This document shows, piece by piece, positions 53,040 to 64,000 of a stretch of DNA of 64,000 nucleotides (its first letter is position 1; the number at the start of each line of letters is the position of its first letter). The stretch lies in assembly GCF_964204645.1 (NCBI RefSeq), contig NC_134026.1, positions 25,764,150-25,828,149 on the forward strand, read 5' to 3'. A model generated the notes under the pieces. The model made no database searches and was not told where the DNA came from. It saw only the letters and a list, made by a program, of their open reading frames with translations. The translations under genes and the position numbers were made by a program. The stretch comes from Tubulanus polymorphus. Lineage: Eukaryota > Animalia > Nemertea.

Positions 53040-54110
53040 TTACTTCAATACGATTGCGTGACAGGATGCGTTATTTGAATTTTAAAATTCGAATATGTCT
53101 AAAAGTAAAACATAAGGCTACCTGAAAATTAATAATCCGAACGGGGAGACACCATATTGTTCAATTTGGTATTATTAATTAATAGCTAGCCCACGCGATG
53201 TCATGGCGCACAAAATCTAATGAAAGATCAAATTTCACTAAAACTAAAGCCTGAAAATTCTTGAAAATGGAGCATTTGACGAAAATCTCTATTCTTCAAG
53301 TTAATTTTCAAAGCATATGTCTTGATTTGTTCATAGTAAAAAATACGCGTATTTCAATTTCACGATTGCATCATGGCTCAACATTAAAAAACTAGAATTC
53401 AAAATCAAATTTCTCTAAAACTATAAAACCTGAGGCTTTCTGAAAATTGAGTATATATATTATTTAGGAGACTCTATTCTTCAGGTCGATGTAAAGCAGA
53501 TGTATGTGCATTGATTTGATAATAGTTAGAATACGCGTTATTTCAATACACGATTGCAACATGTCGCGGTATTTAAAAATTAAACTTCAAAATCAAATTT
53601 CTCTAAAACTGAAACCTGAGGGTTCCTGAAAATTAAGTATATCATTAAGGAAACTCTATTCTTTAAGTTGATGTAAAGCAGATGTCTGTACATTGATTTG
53701 ATCATGGTTAAAAACGAATAATTTCAATACACGATTGCATCATGGGGCGGTATTAAAAATCAAAATTCAAAATCAAATTTCTCTAAAACTGAAACCCGAG
53801 GCTCTCTGAAAATTTGGTAGATTATTAAGGAAACTCTATTCTTTAAGTTGATTTAAGGCAGATATCTGTGCATTGATTTGATCATAGTTAAAAACGCGTC
53901 ATTTCAATACACGATTACATCATGGCGTGATATTTAAAGATTAAAATTCAAAATCAAATTTCTCTTTAACTGAAACCCGAGGCTTTCTGAAAATCTAGTA
54001 TATCGTGAAGGAGACCCTGTTCTTTGAGTTGATCTAAAGCAGATGTCTATGCATTAAATTGATCATAGTAAAAAAAACGAAATATTTCAATACACGATTG
54101 CATCATGGCC
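53040..54110. repeat. ~181-bp tandem (satellite-like) repeat, ~5-6 diverged copies
   Basis: ATTTCAATACACGATTGCA...TTCAAAATCAAATTTCTCTAAAACTGAAACC recurs at ~53351, 53540, 53721, 53901, 54083, with degenerate copies upstream. Confidence 0.92.
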
Positions 54111-55694
54111 CGATTTTTAGGCCACTTGGGGAACACAAAGTTTTGTCCCAAGTAGGCTACCAGTGTATTGATTTCACTTTTCGTCAAGAACGAATGATGT
54201 TATTGACACGATCTTGATATTTGGTTTATGGCATTTATGCCTACTACGCAAGTGTATTGGCATTCCTAAAGTTGGATGTGTTGATAATTTTATGAGATAC
54301 CCGCACGATTGATTGGGGGAAAACTTAGGTCATTTCTCAAACATTTGTTATTCATAATTTACAATTTGTCATGGTACTAGTTTGGGAATTTTTTGAGAAA
54401 GTTTGGGAAAAAATTCAGATAATTATGATGGAGAAAATTGACGACTCATTTAGGCCGTAGGCCTACGTAACGGAATGGCTGTGAACGAAAAATATGGCCT
54501 TATAGCTCGGCTGGGTCATATTTGTAAAATATGATGAAATTTGTAAACAGTTCATTTCTATAGCGACCGGGTCTGTAATGGTAAAATTGATCACGATTTT
54601 TAAAAAAAGTCATGTACAGGGACAGGGTAGATAGGCGGCCGGCGGGTCTACTTTTAAGCTTGGCAGAGCGGAGAAACAAGGTTCCAAATCAATTTCTTTA
54701 GCCTTAGACATGCTTGCAACTGCTGTGATGATGAGATAAGCTATCTAAACGAAAGCCCCTTTTAAATTTTTCGGAAGGCATTAGAGAGGATGGCTAGCCA
54801 CCCTCACCCCCTAGATCCGCCCCTGCTAGAGACCCGCTAGATTGGCACTAGTTGCAGTGAAAATCCGAGTGAGGTTTACTGTAGTTTTCTATCACCTAAT
54901 AATGTATCAATAAACTGGAAAATATAATCCCAGGGACTATCAAGTTTAAATGTGCATGAGTAGACCGACTTCTAACTAAAATCAATTAAAACAAGTGAGT
55001 ACAGGTGATTGTACAGACAATAGATTGAGTTTGAAAGTGTATGAGTCCGAGTCGATACTATAATTGATTAGTGTGATTCTTGTTAAAGAGCCGAGAGCTG
55101 AATCATCTGTAGATCACAGAAAAATAACAAAAACAATTTGTAGTGATCAACTAAACCACGAATAGGTTTTAGTTGTTGTCATTAATAGTTCAATATGTAT
55201 TTACATGTAAACAAAGGTCAACCAATTATCAAACACCAATCACAAGCCCTTTAAATCAATTAAACACCACAAAATCAATATAATTCATCAATGTAACAAA
55301 TAAAAGACAAGATAAACTGGTAACGTAAGTACTTTCCACCTCGTTTTATACTATTCTACACCAAGTTGAGAATACAGCTCCTCTACGAATCGATCATCTC
55401 ATTTCATAGAAATAAATATGGTATTTACAAAAACAATCGAGTTAAAATGCATTTTAATTAACCAACACCGACAGAAATCAACGAAGAAATCAAGGTCAGT
55501 CATCATGTCATGTCGATATTCAAACACACTACGGAACTGACTGCTGCATTTCAGTTAGACCTCAAAACAACATCAACAATTCTTTAGAAGCGATCAAAGA
55601 TATTCTAACTTGTTTTATTTAAATCAAAATAAATAAATAAATCAAAAATCTCAAATTGAACACATATGTTCATACACATGGTCAGTTGCACCCA

Positions 55695-56320
55695 CAAGAA
55701 TTCTCAAAGTCTTAACACGCAGAAGAGTTGTCCAAGTTCCAGGAACACATTAAGAGTTCTCCAAGTTCGAGCAACGCATTAGAGTTATCAAAGTTTCAGT
55801 AACGCATTAGAGTTCACCAAGTTCCAGCAACGCATTAGAGTTCTCGAAGTTCCAGCAATGCATTAGAGTTCTCCAAGTTCTAGCAACGCATTAGAGTTCT
55901 CCCAAGTTTCAGCTACGCAATAGAGTTCTCGAAGTTCCAGCAACTCGTTAGAGTTCACCAAGTTCCAGCAACGCATAAGAGTTCTGGAAGTTCCAGCAAC
56001 GCATTAGAGTTCTCAAAGTTCTAGCAACGCATTAGAGTTCTCCCAAATTTCAGCAACGCAATAGAGTTCTCGAAGTTCCAGCAACTCGTTAGAGTTCACC
56101 AAGTTCCAGCAACGCATTAGAGTTCTGGAAGTTCCAGCAACGCATCAGAGTTCTCCAAGTTCTAGCAACGCATTAGAGTTCTCCCAAGTTTCAGCAATGC
56201 ATCTTGAAGTTCCAGCAACGCGTTAGAGTTCTCGAAGTTCCAGCAATGCATTAGAGTTCTCTTAGTTACAGGAATGCATTAGAGTTCTCTAAGTTCCAGA
56301 AATGCATTAGAGTTCTCAAA
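55695..56320. repeat. 28-bp minisatellite (~22 copies) with a 141-bp higher-order period
   Basis: Unit AAGTTCCAGCAACGCATTAGAGTTCTC(C/G); 29-bp variant CCCAA(G/A)TTTCAGC at 55901, 56042, 56183. Confidence 0.95.
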
Positions 56321-56449
56321 TGATTAACAGGCGCCATCTTACTATTAAATTAGATGTATCACACATCTTTTCACCTAGAAGACAAATCAAACAAACATTA
56401 GGATATTTTAAACAATCAATAAAACATTTCAAGTCGTTTTTCTATTACA

Positions 56450-57780
56450 ATATACCTGATTTATAGTCTGTTCAGATTCATGACTCATCCATTCTTTCAT
56501 CCTTTCAACTAGAAGAATATTCATGTGAATCCCTGCAGGTATTTTTCCATCTTGTAGTAACATAACATCTTTAGATATTTCCTACTTACAACACGAAAAC
56601 TCAAAATATGAATAATATTTGAATAATGTCAGATATGAAAATTGATTCATGTAATTTCAAAATTATACCTGATTTAAAGTCAGACTCGACCTTCCTTTGC
56701 AACTGTTCACTTTGTGACACTACTTTGTTGTTGACTAAGGCAGATAACTCAGTACTACTGATCTCAGCAGTGACATTCATCTAACTGATGCCTGGTGATT
56801 GTCTCATCTATAGTGACTCGGTTCTGTGGACCTCTCAATATTTGCTACAAGAAAACACAAAATATGAATACCGGCAATTTTCAATTTTTGAGATTTCTAT
56901 ATAATTTCAATATTATACCTGATTTATTGTCAGTTCAGACAAATGACTCGACGTTCCGCTGGAACTGTTAACGTTTGACTCTTAATTGTTACTTCGTTCC
57001 TGACTTAGAGGCAGATACAGCACAGCACCACTGATCTCATCTCACTTGTGATCCTCTTATCTCACTGGAGACGCCCTGATCTTACCACTTGGATAGACAT
57101 AGTTCTGTACCGATCTCACTGGTGATATTCCCCTCTCTGGTGACCCTCAGTTCTGTGGTAAACCTCTCAATATTAGCTAAAAGAAAACAAAATATGAATA
57201 AATTTAGATTTTGACACTTTGATCTATAGTCAGTTCAATGACTGATCCTTCCTCTGGTATTGCATGTCTAATGATTTGCTACAAGAAAACATGTGACAGA
57301 CCATCATAACGTTTGAGACTTTCCCAACAACAAGAAATCCATGTCTATCTAACTTAATGTACCTCATTTATAGTCAGTTCAGATAAATGACTTGACATTC
57401 CTCTGGAACTATTAACCTTCCTTGCGACTCTGTAACTCTGTTGCTGACTTTGACAGAGATGAATCAGTACTACTGATCTCAGTGGTGACATTCATCTAAC
57501 TGATTCCTGGTAATTGTCTCATCTCTGGTGAGACTCAGTTCTGTGGTAAACCTCTCAATATTTGCTACAAGATAACACAAAATATGAATAATTTTCAATT
57601 TTGAGACTTTGAAAATTGATATATACAATTTCAATATCATACCTGATTTAAAGTCAGTTCAGACTTATGACTCGACATTCCTCTGGAACTGTGAACTTTC
57701 CCTGTGACTCTTGTCACTTTGTTCCTGACTTTGAGGGAGATAACTCAGTACAACTGATCTGGCTGATCTGACGCTCTAAT
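56450..57780 (-). pseudogene. Decayed array of 4-5 tandemly duplicated exons encoding a coiled-coil-like repeat
   Basis: On the minus strand, modules begin TTGTAG|CAAATATTGAGAGG (acceptors near 56845, 57177, 57565) and end AAATCAG|GTAT (donors near 56456, 56669, 56919, 57643; AAATGAG|GTAC near 57363). They translate as NIERFTTELSLTRDETITRNQLDEC..EISSTELS..EQLQRKVES but contain stops and frameshifts. Confidence 0.5.
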
Positions 57781-58329
57781 CTCTCTATAATCACTGCGAC
57801 TTAATCTTCACTATATTATTTCAGACATTGATAATTTCACATTTCATTTTTTCCATTTTCCAATTAATCATTAACCTTTTATATTTTTGTCTACAAAATG
57901 GTATTATATCCACACACAAACAAAGATAGATAGCACTGTACATGCTAATCAAGTTTTTTACCATGCGCATGGACCCGCGGGTGTGCATGTGTATACCCTG
58001 AAATACATAAACAAAATTTGTGTGTCTTTATGTATTTAGTGCCATTTCATGCAAGTGCGTTAGTGCATGGATGCATCAGTGCAAAGTGAGACGTCAGGTG
58101 CTTAGTAAGGAGACGTCAATTGTTTTCACCGGTGTTTATGATGATCGATCTTCACTTTATAGGCTTTAATAGACAAGAGTTGGCTCCAATGTTTTGAAGT
58201 TTTATTAACTCAGGTTTAGAGTTTATCAGCATTCATAAATTGCTCCGACCCAGTTTAGCTGATTCAAGGGCTATCTAACACCCAGGCTATCAAGGGCTAT
58301 CAAGCAATAGTATCTTTGAATATAACAGT

Positions 58330-61300
58330 CTTATAACGCAACTCCGTAATATGATAATAAGTTGCTGATACAATATATATACAGTACAAACACCAGTGAA
58401 ATTTCAATGATACAACCACCACAAAGCTATCGATGGATAGCTCCTTTGAATATTTATACATTACATATGATAAGGGAGATCAGGAAACAAAACTCACCAA
58501 AACTCAATATCACCCCCAAAATAGAGTGTATCAATTAACACCCAGCAGCAAGCAGCAGTATTAAGGAGGTCATCAGTGATGTAACACACTGACAATTCAG
58601 TTTGTTTGTCACGTTTCTACTTGACAGTTGAAGTAGGAAGGAGAAGACTCCTTAACTCAATATCACCCCAAAACAGAGTGTTTTAATTAACATGCACCAG
58701 CAAGCAGCTGTATTGAAGGAGGCCATCAGTGATGTATCACACTGACAATTCAGTTTGTTTGACACATTTCGATATGACAGTTGAAGAAGGAAGGAGAAGA
58801 CTCCTTAACTCAATATCACCCCAAAACAGAGCGTTTTAATTTACACCCAGCAGCAAGTAGCAGTATTAAAGGAGGTCATCAGTGTTGTAACACACTGACA
58901 ATTCAGTTTGTTTGTCACATATCTACATGACAGTTGAAGCAGGAAGGAGGAGACTCCTGAACTCAATATCACCCCAAAACAGAGCCAGCAGCATGCAGCA
59001 GTATTTAAGGAGGATGATTCATGATGTTATGATGTTTAATGTAATAATTCTTATTGTAATAATGTTTAATGTAATAATTCAAGAAGTTCATGGAAGGTGG
59101 GTGGTAAGAATTAACACCACCAGCAAGCAGCAGTATTAAAGGAGGCCATCAGTGTTGTAACGCACTGACAATTCACTTCGTTTGTCACGTTTCTACATGA
59201 CAGTTGAAGAAGGAAGGAGGAGACTCCTGAACTCAATATCACCCCAAAACAGAGTGTATTAATTAACACGCAGCAGCAAGCAGCAGTATTAAAGGAGATC
59301 ATCAGTCTTGTAACACACTGACAAATCAGTTTGTTTGTCACGTTTCTACATGACAGTTACCGGTAACAACCTTCAGGTGCAAGGAACCAAAGTGAAGCAA
59401 TCAAACAATAGCATCTTTGAGTATAACACTTTTAAAATGCGTAATGTGATAATATTTGCTGATACAGTAAACACAGAGAACCACACCAGCATTATTTCAA
59501 TGATTCAACCACCACAAAGCTATCGATGGATAGCTGTTTTGAATATTTATGCATTTAAAACGTAAAGTCATAATGAGGACGATCAGGAAACATGATCAAT
59601 CCCATTTCACCGACATACATTACAATATATACAATGTACCAACACCAGTGACGTTTCAATGATTCAACCACCACAAAGCTATCGATGGATAGCTGCTTTG
59701 AATATTTATACATTTAAAACGTAAAGTCGCAATAAGGACGATCAAGAAACATGATCAATCCCATTTCACCGACATATATTACAATATATACAATGTACCA
59801 ACACCAGCGACATTTCAAAGATTCAACCACCACAAAGCTATCGATGTATAGCTGCTTTGAATATTTATACATTTAAAACGTAAAGTCGCAATAAGGACGA
59901 TCAAGAAACATGATCAATCCCATTTCACCGACATATATTACAATATATACAATGTACCAACACCAGCGACATTTCAAAGATTCAACCACCACAAAGCTAT
60001 CGATGGATAGCTGTTTTGAATATTTATACATTTAAAACGTTAAGTCGCAATAAGGATGATCAGGGAGCAAAACTTGCCAAAACTCGATATCACCCGCAGC
60101 AGCAAGCAGCTGTATTTAAGGAGGTCACCAGTAATGTAACACACTGAAAATTCAGTTTGTTTGTCACGTTTCTACATGACAATTGAAGAAGGAAGGAGGA
60201 GACTCCTGAACTCAATATCACCCCTAAACAGAGTGTATTAATTAACACGCAGCAGCAAACACCAGTATTTAAGGTCATCAGTGTTGTAACACACTGACAA
60301 TTCAGTTTGTTTGTCACGTTTCTACATGACAATTGAAGAAGGAAGGAGGAGACTCCTGCACTCAATATCACCCCAAAACAGAGTGTATCAATTAACACCC
60401 AGCACCAAGCAGCAGTATTTAAGGAGGTCATCAGTGTTGTAACACACTGACAATTCAGTTTGTTTGTCACGTTTCTACATGACAATTGAAGAAGGAAGGA
60501 GGAGACTCCTGAACTCAATATCACCCCAAAACAGAGTGTATCAATTAACACCCAGCACCAAGCAGCAGTATTAAAGGAGGCCATCAGTGTTGTAACACAC
60601 TGACAATTCAGTTTGTTTGTCACGTTTCTACATGACAGTTGAAGAAGGAAGGAGGAAACTCCTGAACTCAACATCACCCAAAAACAGAGCCAGCAGCAAG
60701 CAGCAGTATTTAAGGATGATTCATGATGTTATAATGTTTAATGTAAAAATTTTTATTGTAATTATATTTAATGTATTAATTCAAGACGTTCAGGCAAGGA
60801 GGTAAGAATTAACATCCAACAGCAAGCAGCAGTATTAAAGGAGGTCATCAGTGTTGTAACACACTGACAATTCAGTTCATTTGTCACGTTTCTACATGAC
60901 AGTTGAAGAAGGAAGGAGGAGACTCCTGAACTCAATATCACCCCAACACAGAGCCAGCAGCAAGCAGCAGTATTTAAGGAGGATGATTCATGATGTTATA
61001 ATGTTTAATGTAATAATTCTTATTGTAATAATGTTTAATGTAATAATTCAAGAAGTTCAGGGAAGAAGGTAAGAATTAACACCCAGCAGCAAGCAGCAGC
61101 ATTAAAGGAGGTAATCAGTGTTGTAACACACTGACAATGCAGTTTGTTTGTCATGTTTCTACATGACAGTTGAAGAAGGAAGGATGAGACTCCTTAACTC
61201 AATATATCACCCCAAAACAGAGTTTTAATTAACATGCACCAGCAAGCAGCAGTATTAAAGGAGATCATCAGGTTGGACATCAGGAGGACAATTCAGTTTG

Positions 61301-61790
61301 TCACATTTCTACATGACAGTTGAAGAAGGAAGGAGGAGGCTCCTGAACTCAATATCACCCCTCAAAAGTGGAATGATTAACATGGAGAAGAAACTTGCCA
61401 GCTTTTTTGATGGCCATAATGCGTAATTTGGTAATGTAATTATGTAACAATTCATGATGTAATAATGTTTAATGTAATAATTTTTATTGTGATAATGTTT
61501 CATGTAATAATTCAAGAAGGTAAGGGAAGGAGGTAAGAATTACTACCCAGCAGCAATGAGCAGTATCAAAGGAGCACATCAGTGTTGTATCACACTGACA
61601 ATTCAGTTTGTATGTCACGTTTCTACGTGACAGTTGAAGAAGGAAGGAGAAGACTCCTGAACTCAATATCATCCAAAAACAGAATGTATTAAATAAAACC
61701 CAGCAGCAAGCAGCAGTATTGAAGGAGGTCATCAGGTAAGACACCAGGAGGACAATTCAGTTTGTTTGTCACATTTCTACGACTGACGAT
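58330..61790. repeat. Composite tandem array of 159-bp and 153-bp modules with AT-rich variant inserts
   Basis: Module A (CCACCACAAAGCTATCGATG) at 58416, 59509, 59668, 59827, 59986 (159-bp period); module B (ATCACCCCAAAACAGAG...CAGCAAGCAGCAGTATT...CATCAGTGTTGTAACACACTGAC) at 58509, 58662, 58815, 58968 and through 60090-61780 (153-bp period). Confidence 0.93.
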
Positions 61791-61889
61791 TAACGTCAAT
61801 GACAATGCGAATTGGAATTAATTTCAGCAGTAATCAGCAGTATTTGGGAGAGGCAGCAATCAATGTAGGAGAAAATTCATAATTCTTTT

Positions 61890-62520
61890 AGTATACCTTA
61901 TTATTTCATACCTATCATTCATACATATTATTCAAGAGTGAAGAAGGTCATATCAACTAGCCAGTATCATAGTTATTGAACACTGACATTTATCATATCC
62001 CTAAAAGCAGAGGAGAGGAGATAAACGTACCACCAAATCAGTATGTGTATCACTGTTTCAGTATATGTATCACTGTTTCAGTACATGTATCACTGTTTAA
62101 GTACATGTATCTATGTTTCAAGATGGCTGAACTCCACAGCAGCTATCAGCATTATTCAGTGAAGTTGATAAGTTGATGTAGAAGCAACTACCATACAGCA
62201 ATAATCAACGAGAAATATTATTTCAAACGAATTGTTATCATTTTTCTAAGCCTATTATTATTCTATACCTATTATCATTTCATACCTATCATCACTTAAT
62301 ATATTATTCTATATCTATCATTATTTCATATCTATTATTATCTTATACCTATTTCAAATATCAAAGAGCGAAGGAGGTCACATCAACAAGCCAATATCAT
62401 AGTTATTGAACGGTGACATCACCCCTAGGAAGGGGAGGTAGAACAAGCCACCATATCAGTATACATATCAATGTTTCAGTGCACATGTATCAATGTTTCA
62501 AGATAGCTGAACTTAACAGC
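61890..62520. repeat. Diverged direct duplication (~430-bp spacing)
   Basis: AAGAGTGAAGAAGGTCATATCAACTAGCCAGTATCATAGTTATTGAAC at ~61934 and AAGAGCGAAGGAGGTCACATCAACAAGCCAATATCATAGTTATTGAAC at ~62364, each followed by similar CCACCA...TCAGTAT...TGTTTCAAGAT..GCTGAACT. Confidence 0.8.
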
Positions 62521-62571
62521 AATTTACATAGCGTACCAGTACAACACCATGTACTACAACACTAAGTTTGA

Positions 62572-63851
62572 AGTCTTAGACTTAGACCTATCCCATAAGC
62601 AGTCTTAGTAGTCTAACATTTAGACCTATCCCACAAGTAGTCTTAGTAGTCTTACACTTAGACCTATTCCCCAAGTAGTCTTAGTAGTCTTACACTTAGA
62701 CCTATTCCGCAAGCAGTCTTAGTAGTCTTACACTTAGACCTATCCCGCAAGCAGTCTTAGAAGTCTTACACTTAGACCTATCCCGCAAGCAGTCATAGTC
62801 TTACACTTAGACCTATTCTGCAAGCAGTCTTAGTAGTCTTACACTTAGACCTATCCTACAAGCAGTCTTAGAAGTCTTACACTTAGTCCTATCCTACAAG
62901 CAGTCTTAGTAGTCTTACACTTAGACCTATCCTACAAGTAGTCTTACACTAAGACCTATTCCGCAAGCAGTCTTAGTAGTCTTACACTTAGACCTATCCC
63001 GCAAGCAGTCTTAGTAGTCTTACACTTAGACCTATCCCGCAAGCAGTCTTAGTAGTCTTACACTTAGACCTATTCCGCAAGCAGTCTTAATAGTCTTACA
63101 CTTAGACCTATCCCGCAAGCAGTTTTAGTAGTCTTACACTTAGACCTATCCTACAAGTAGTCTTAGTAGTCTTACACTTAGACCTATCCCGCAAGTAGTC
63201 TTAGTAGTCTTACACTTAGACCTATCCTACAAGTTGTCTTACACTAAGACCTATTCTGCAAGCAGTCTTAGTAGTCTTACACTTAGACCTATCCCGCAAG
63301 CAGTCTTAGTAGTCTTACACTTAGACCTATCCTGCAAGCAGTCTTAGTAGTCTTACACTTAGACCTATTCCGCAAGCAGTCTTAATAGTCTTACACTTAG
63401 ACCTATCCCGCAAGCAGTCTTAATAGTCTTACACTTAGACCTATCCCGCAAGCAGTTTTAGTAGTCTTACACTTAGACCTATCCTACAAGTAGTCTTAGT
63501 AGTCTTACACTTAGAACTATCCCGCAAGCAGTCTTAGTAGTCTTACACTTAGACCTATCCTACAAACAGTCTTAGAAGTCTTACACTTAGACCTATCCTA
63601 CAAGAAGTCTTAGTAGTCTTACACTTAGACCTATCCTACAAGCAGTCTTAGTAGTCTTACACTTCGACCTATCCCGCAAGTAGTCTTAGTAGTCTTACAC
63701 TTAGACCTATTCCGCAAGCAGTCTTAGTAGTCTTACACTTAGACCTATCCTGCAAGCAGTCTTAGTCTTACACTTAGACCTATCCTACAAGCAGTCTTAG
63801 AAGTCTTACATTAGACCTATCCCATGAGCAGTCTTACAATTAGACCTATCC
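62572..63851. repeat. 38-bp minisatellite (~34 copies)
   Basis: Unit CTTAGACCTATCCCGCAAGCAGTCTTAGTAGTCTTACA with variant cores (TCCCGC/TTCCGC/TCCTAC); shortened units at ~62941 and ~63236 give a 295-bp higher-order period. Confidence 0.97.
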
Positions 63852-64000
63852 TTTAAGAAAGACTCTTAGGCTTAAATACTTTGATAGTTGCTCAAGGAAA
63901 GAGAATTCTTATCGATGTCTCTTAAGACAAATCCACTAGAGGTATCTTATACTGTGTCTAATGGAAATCTTCTTAACCACTGTTCAGTATAAATTCGGTA

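Noticed and set aside
60090-60677. 195-aa Cys-rich minus-strand ORF as a real gene
   Set aside because: It is four copies of a 153-bp unit that lacks stops on that strand; neighbouring copies break the frame and no gene structure is evident.
58560-61780. Minus-strand CTGATGA...GAAAC in each 153-bp unit as tandem hammerheads (retrozyme array)
   Set aside because: No stem II joins the boxes and the would-be cleavage triplet is GUG or CAG.
62572-63851. CRISPR-like appearance of the 38-bp and 28-bp arrays
   Set aside because: No unique spacers, no cas genes, eukaryotic context; these are plain minisatellites.

Overview
Eukaryotic, AT-rich, intron-containing genomic DNA from a bilaterian invertebrate (lophotrochozoan-like is my impression, not proven). 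Gene order: an unidentified Ser-rich ORF/terminal exon (+, ~1.3-1.7 kb); a frameshifted, apparently intronless COMMD8 (-) head-to-head with STARD7 (+, 8 exons); a 22-exon, ~2676-aa KDM3/JMJD1C histone H3K9 demethylase (-, 8128-39158) head-to-head with a REEP1-4 family gene (+, alternative 3' exons); B4GALT7 (-, 5 exons). The last ~12 kb is repeat-dominated: 181-bp, 28-bp, 153/159-bp and 38-bp tandem arrays plus decayed exon-like modules. Most notable: KDM3-REEP linkage as in all four vertebrate paralogue pairs, COMMD8 broken by 4-bp microduplications, a minimal Penelope/retrozyme-type hammerhead motif in KDM3 intron 1, a young MITE with a perfect 8-bp TSD just upstream of B4GALT7, a decayed ~1.8-kb reading frame nested antisense in REEP intron 1, and an in-frame TGA in the first ORF. 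All exon structures were read by eye from GT/AG signals and phase consistency, and family calls come from recalled motifs; no searches were run. I found no clearly new biological system.
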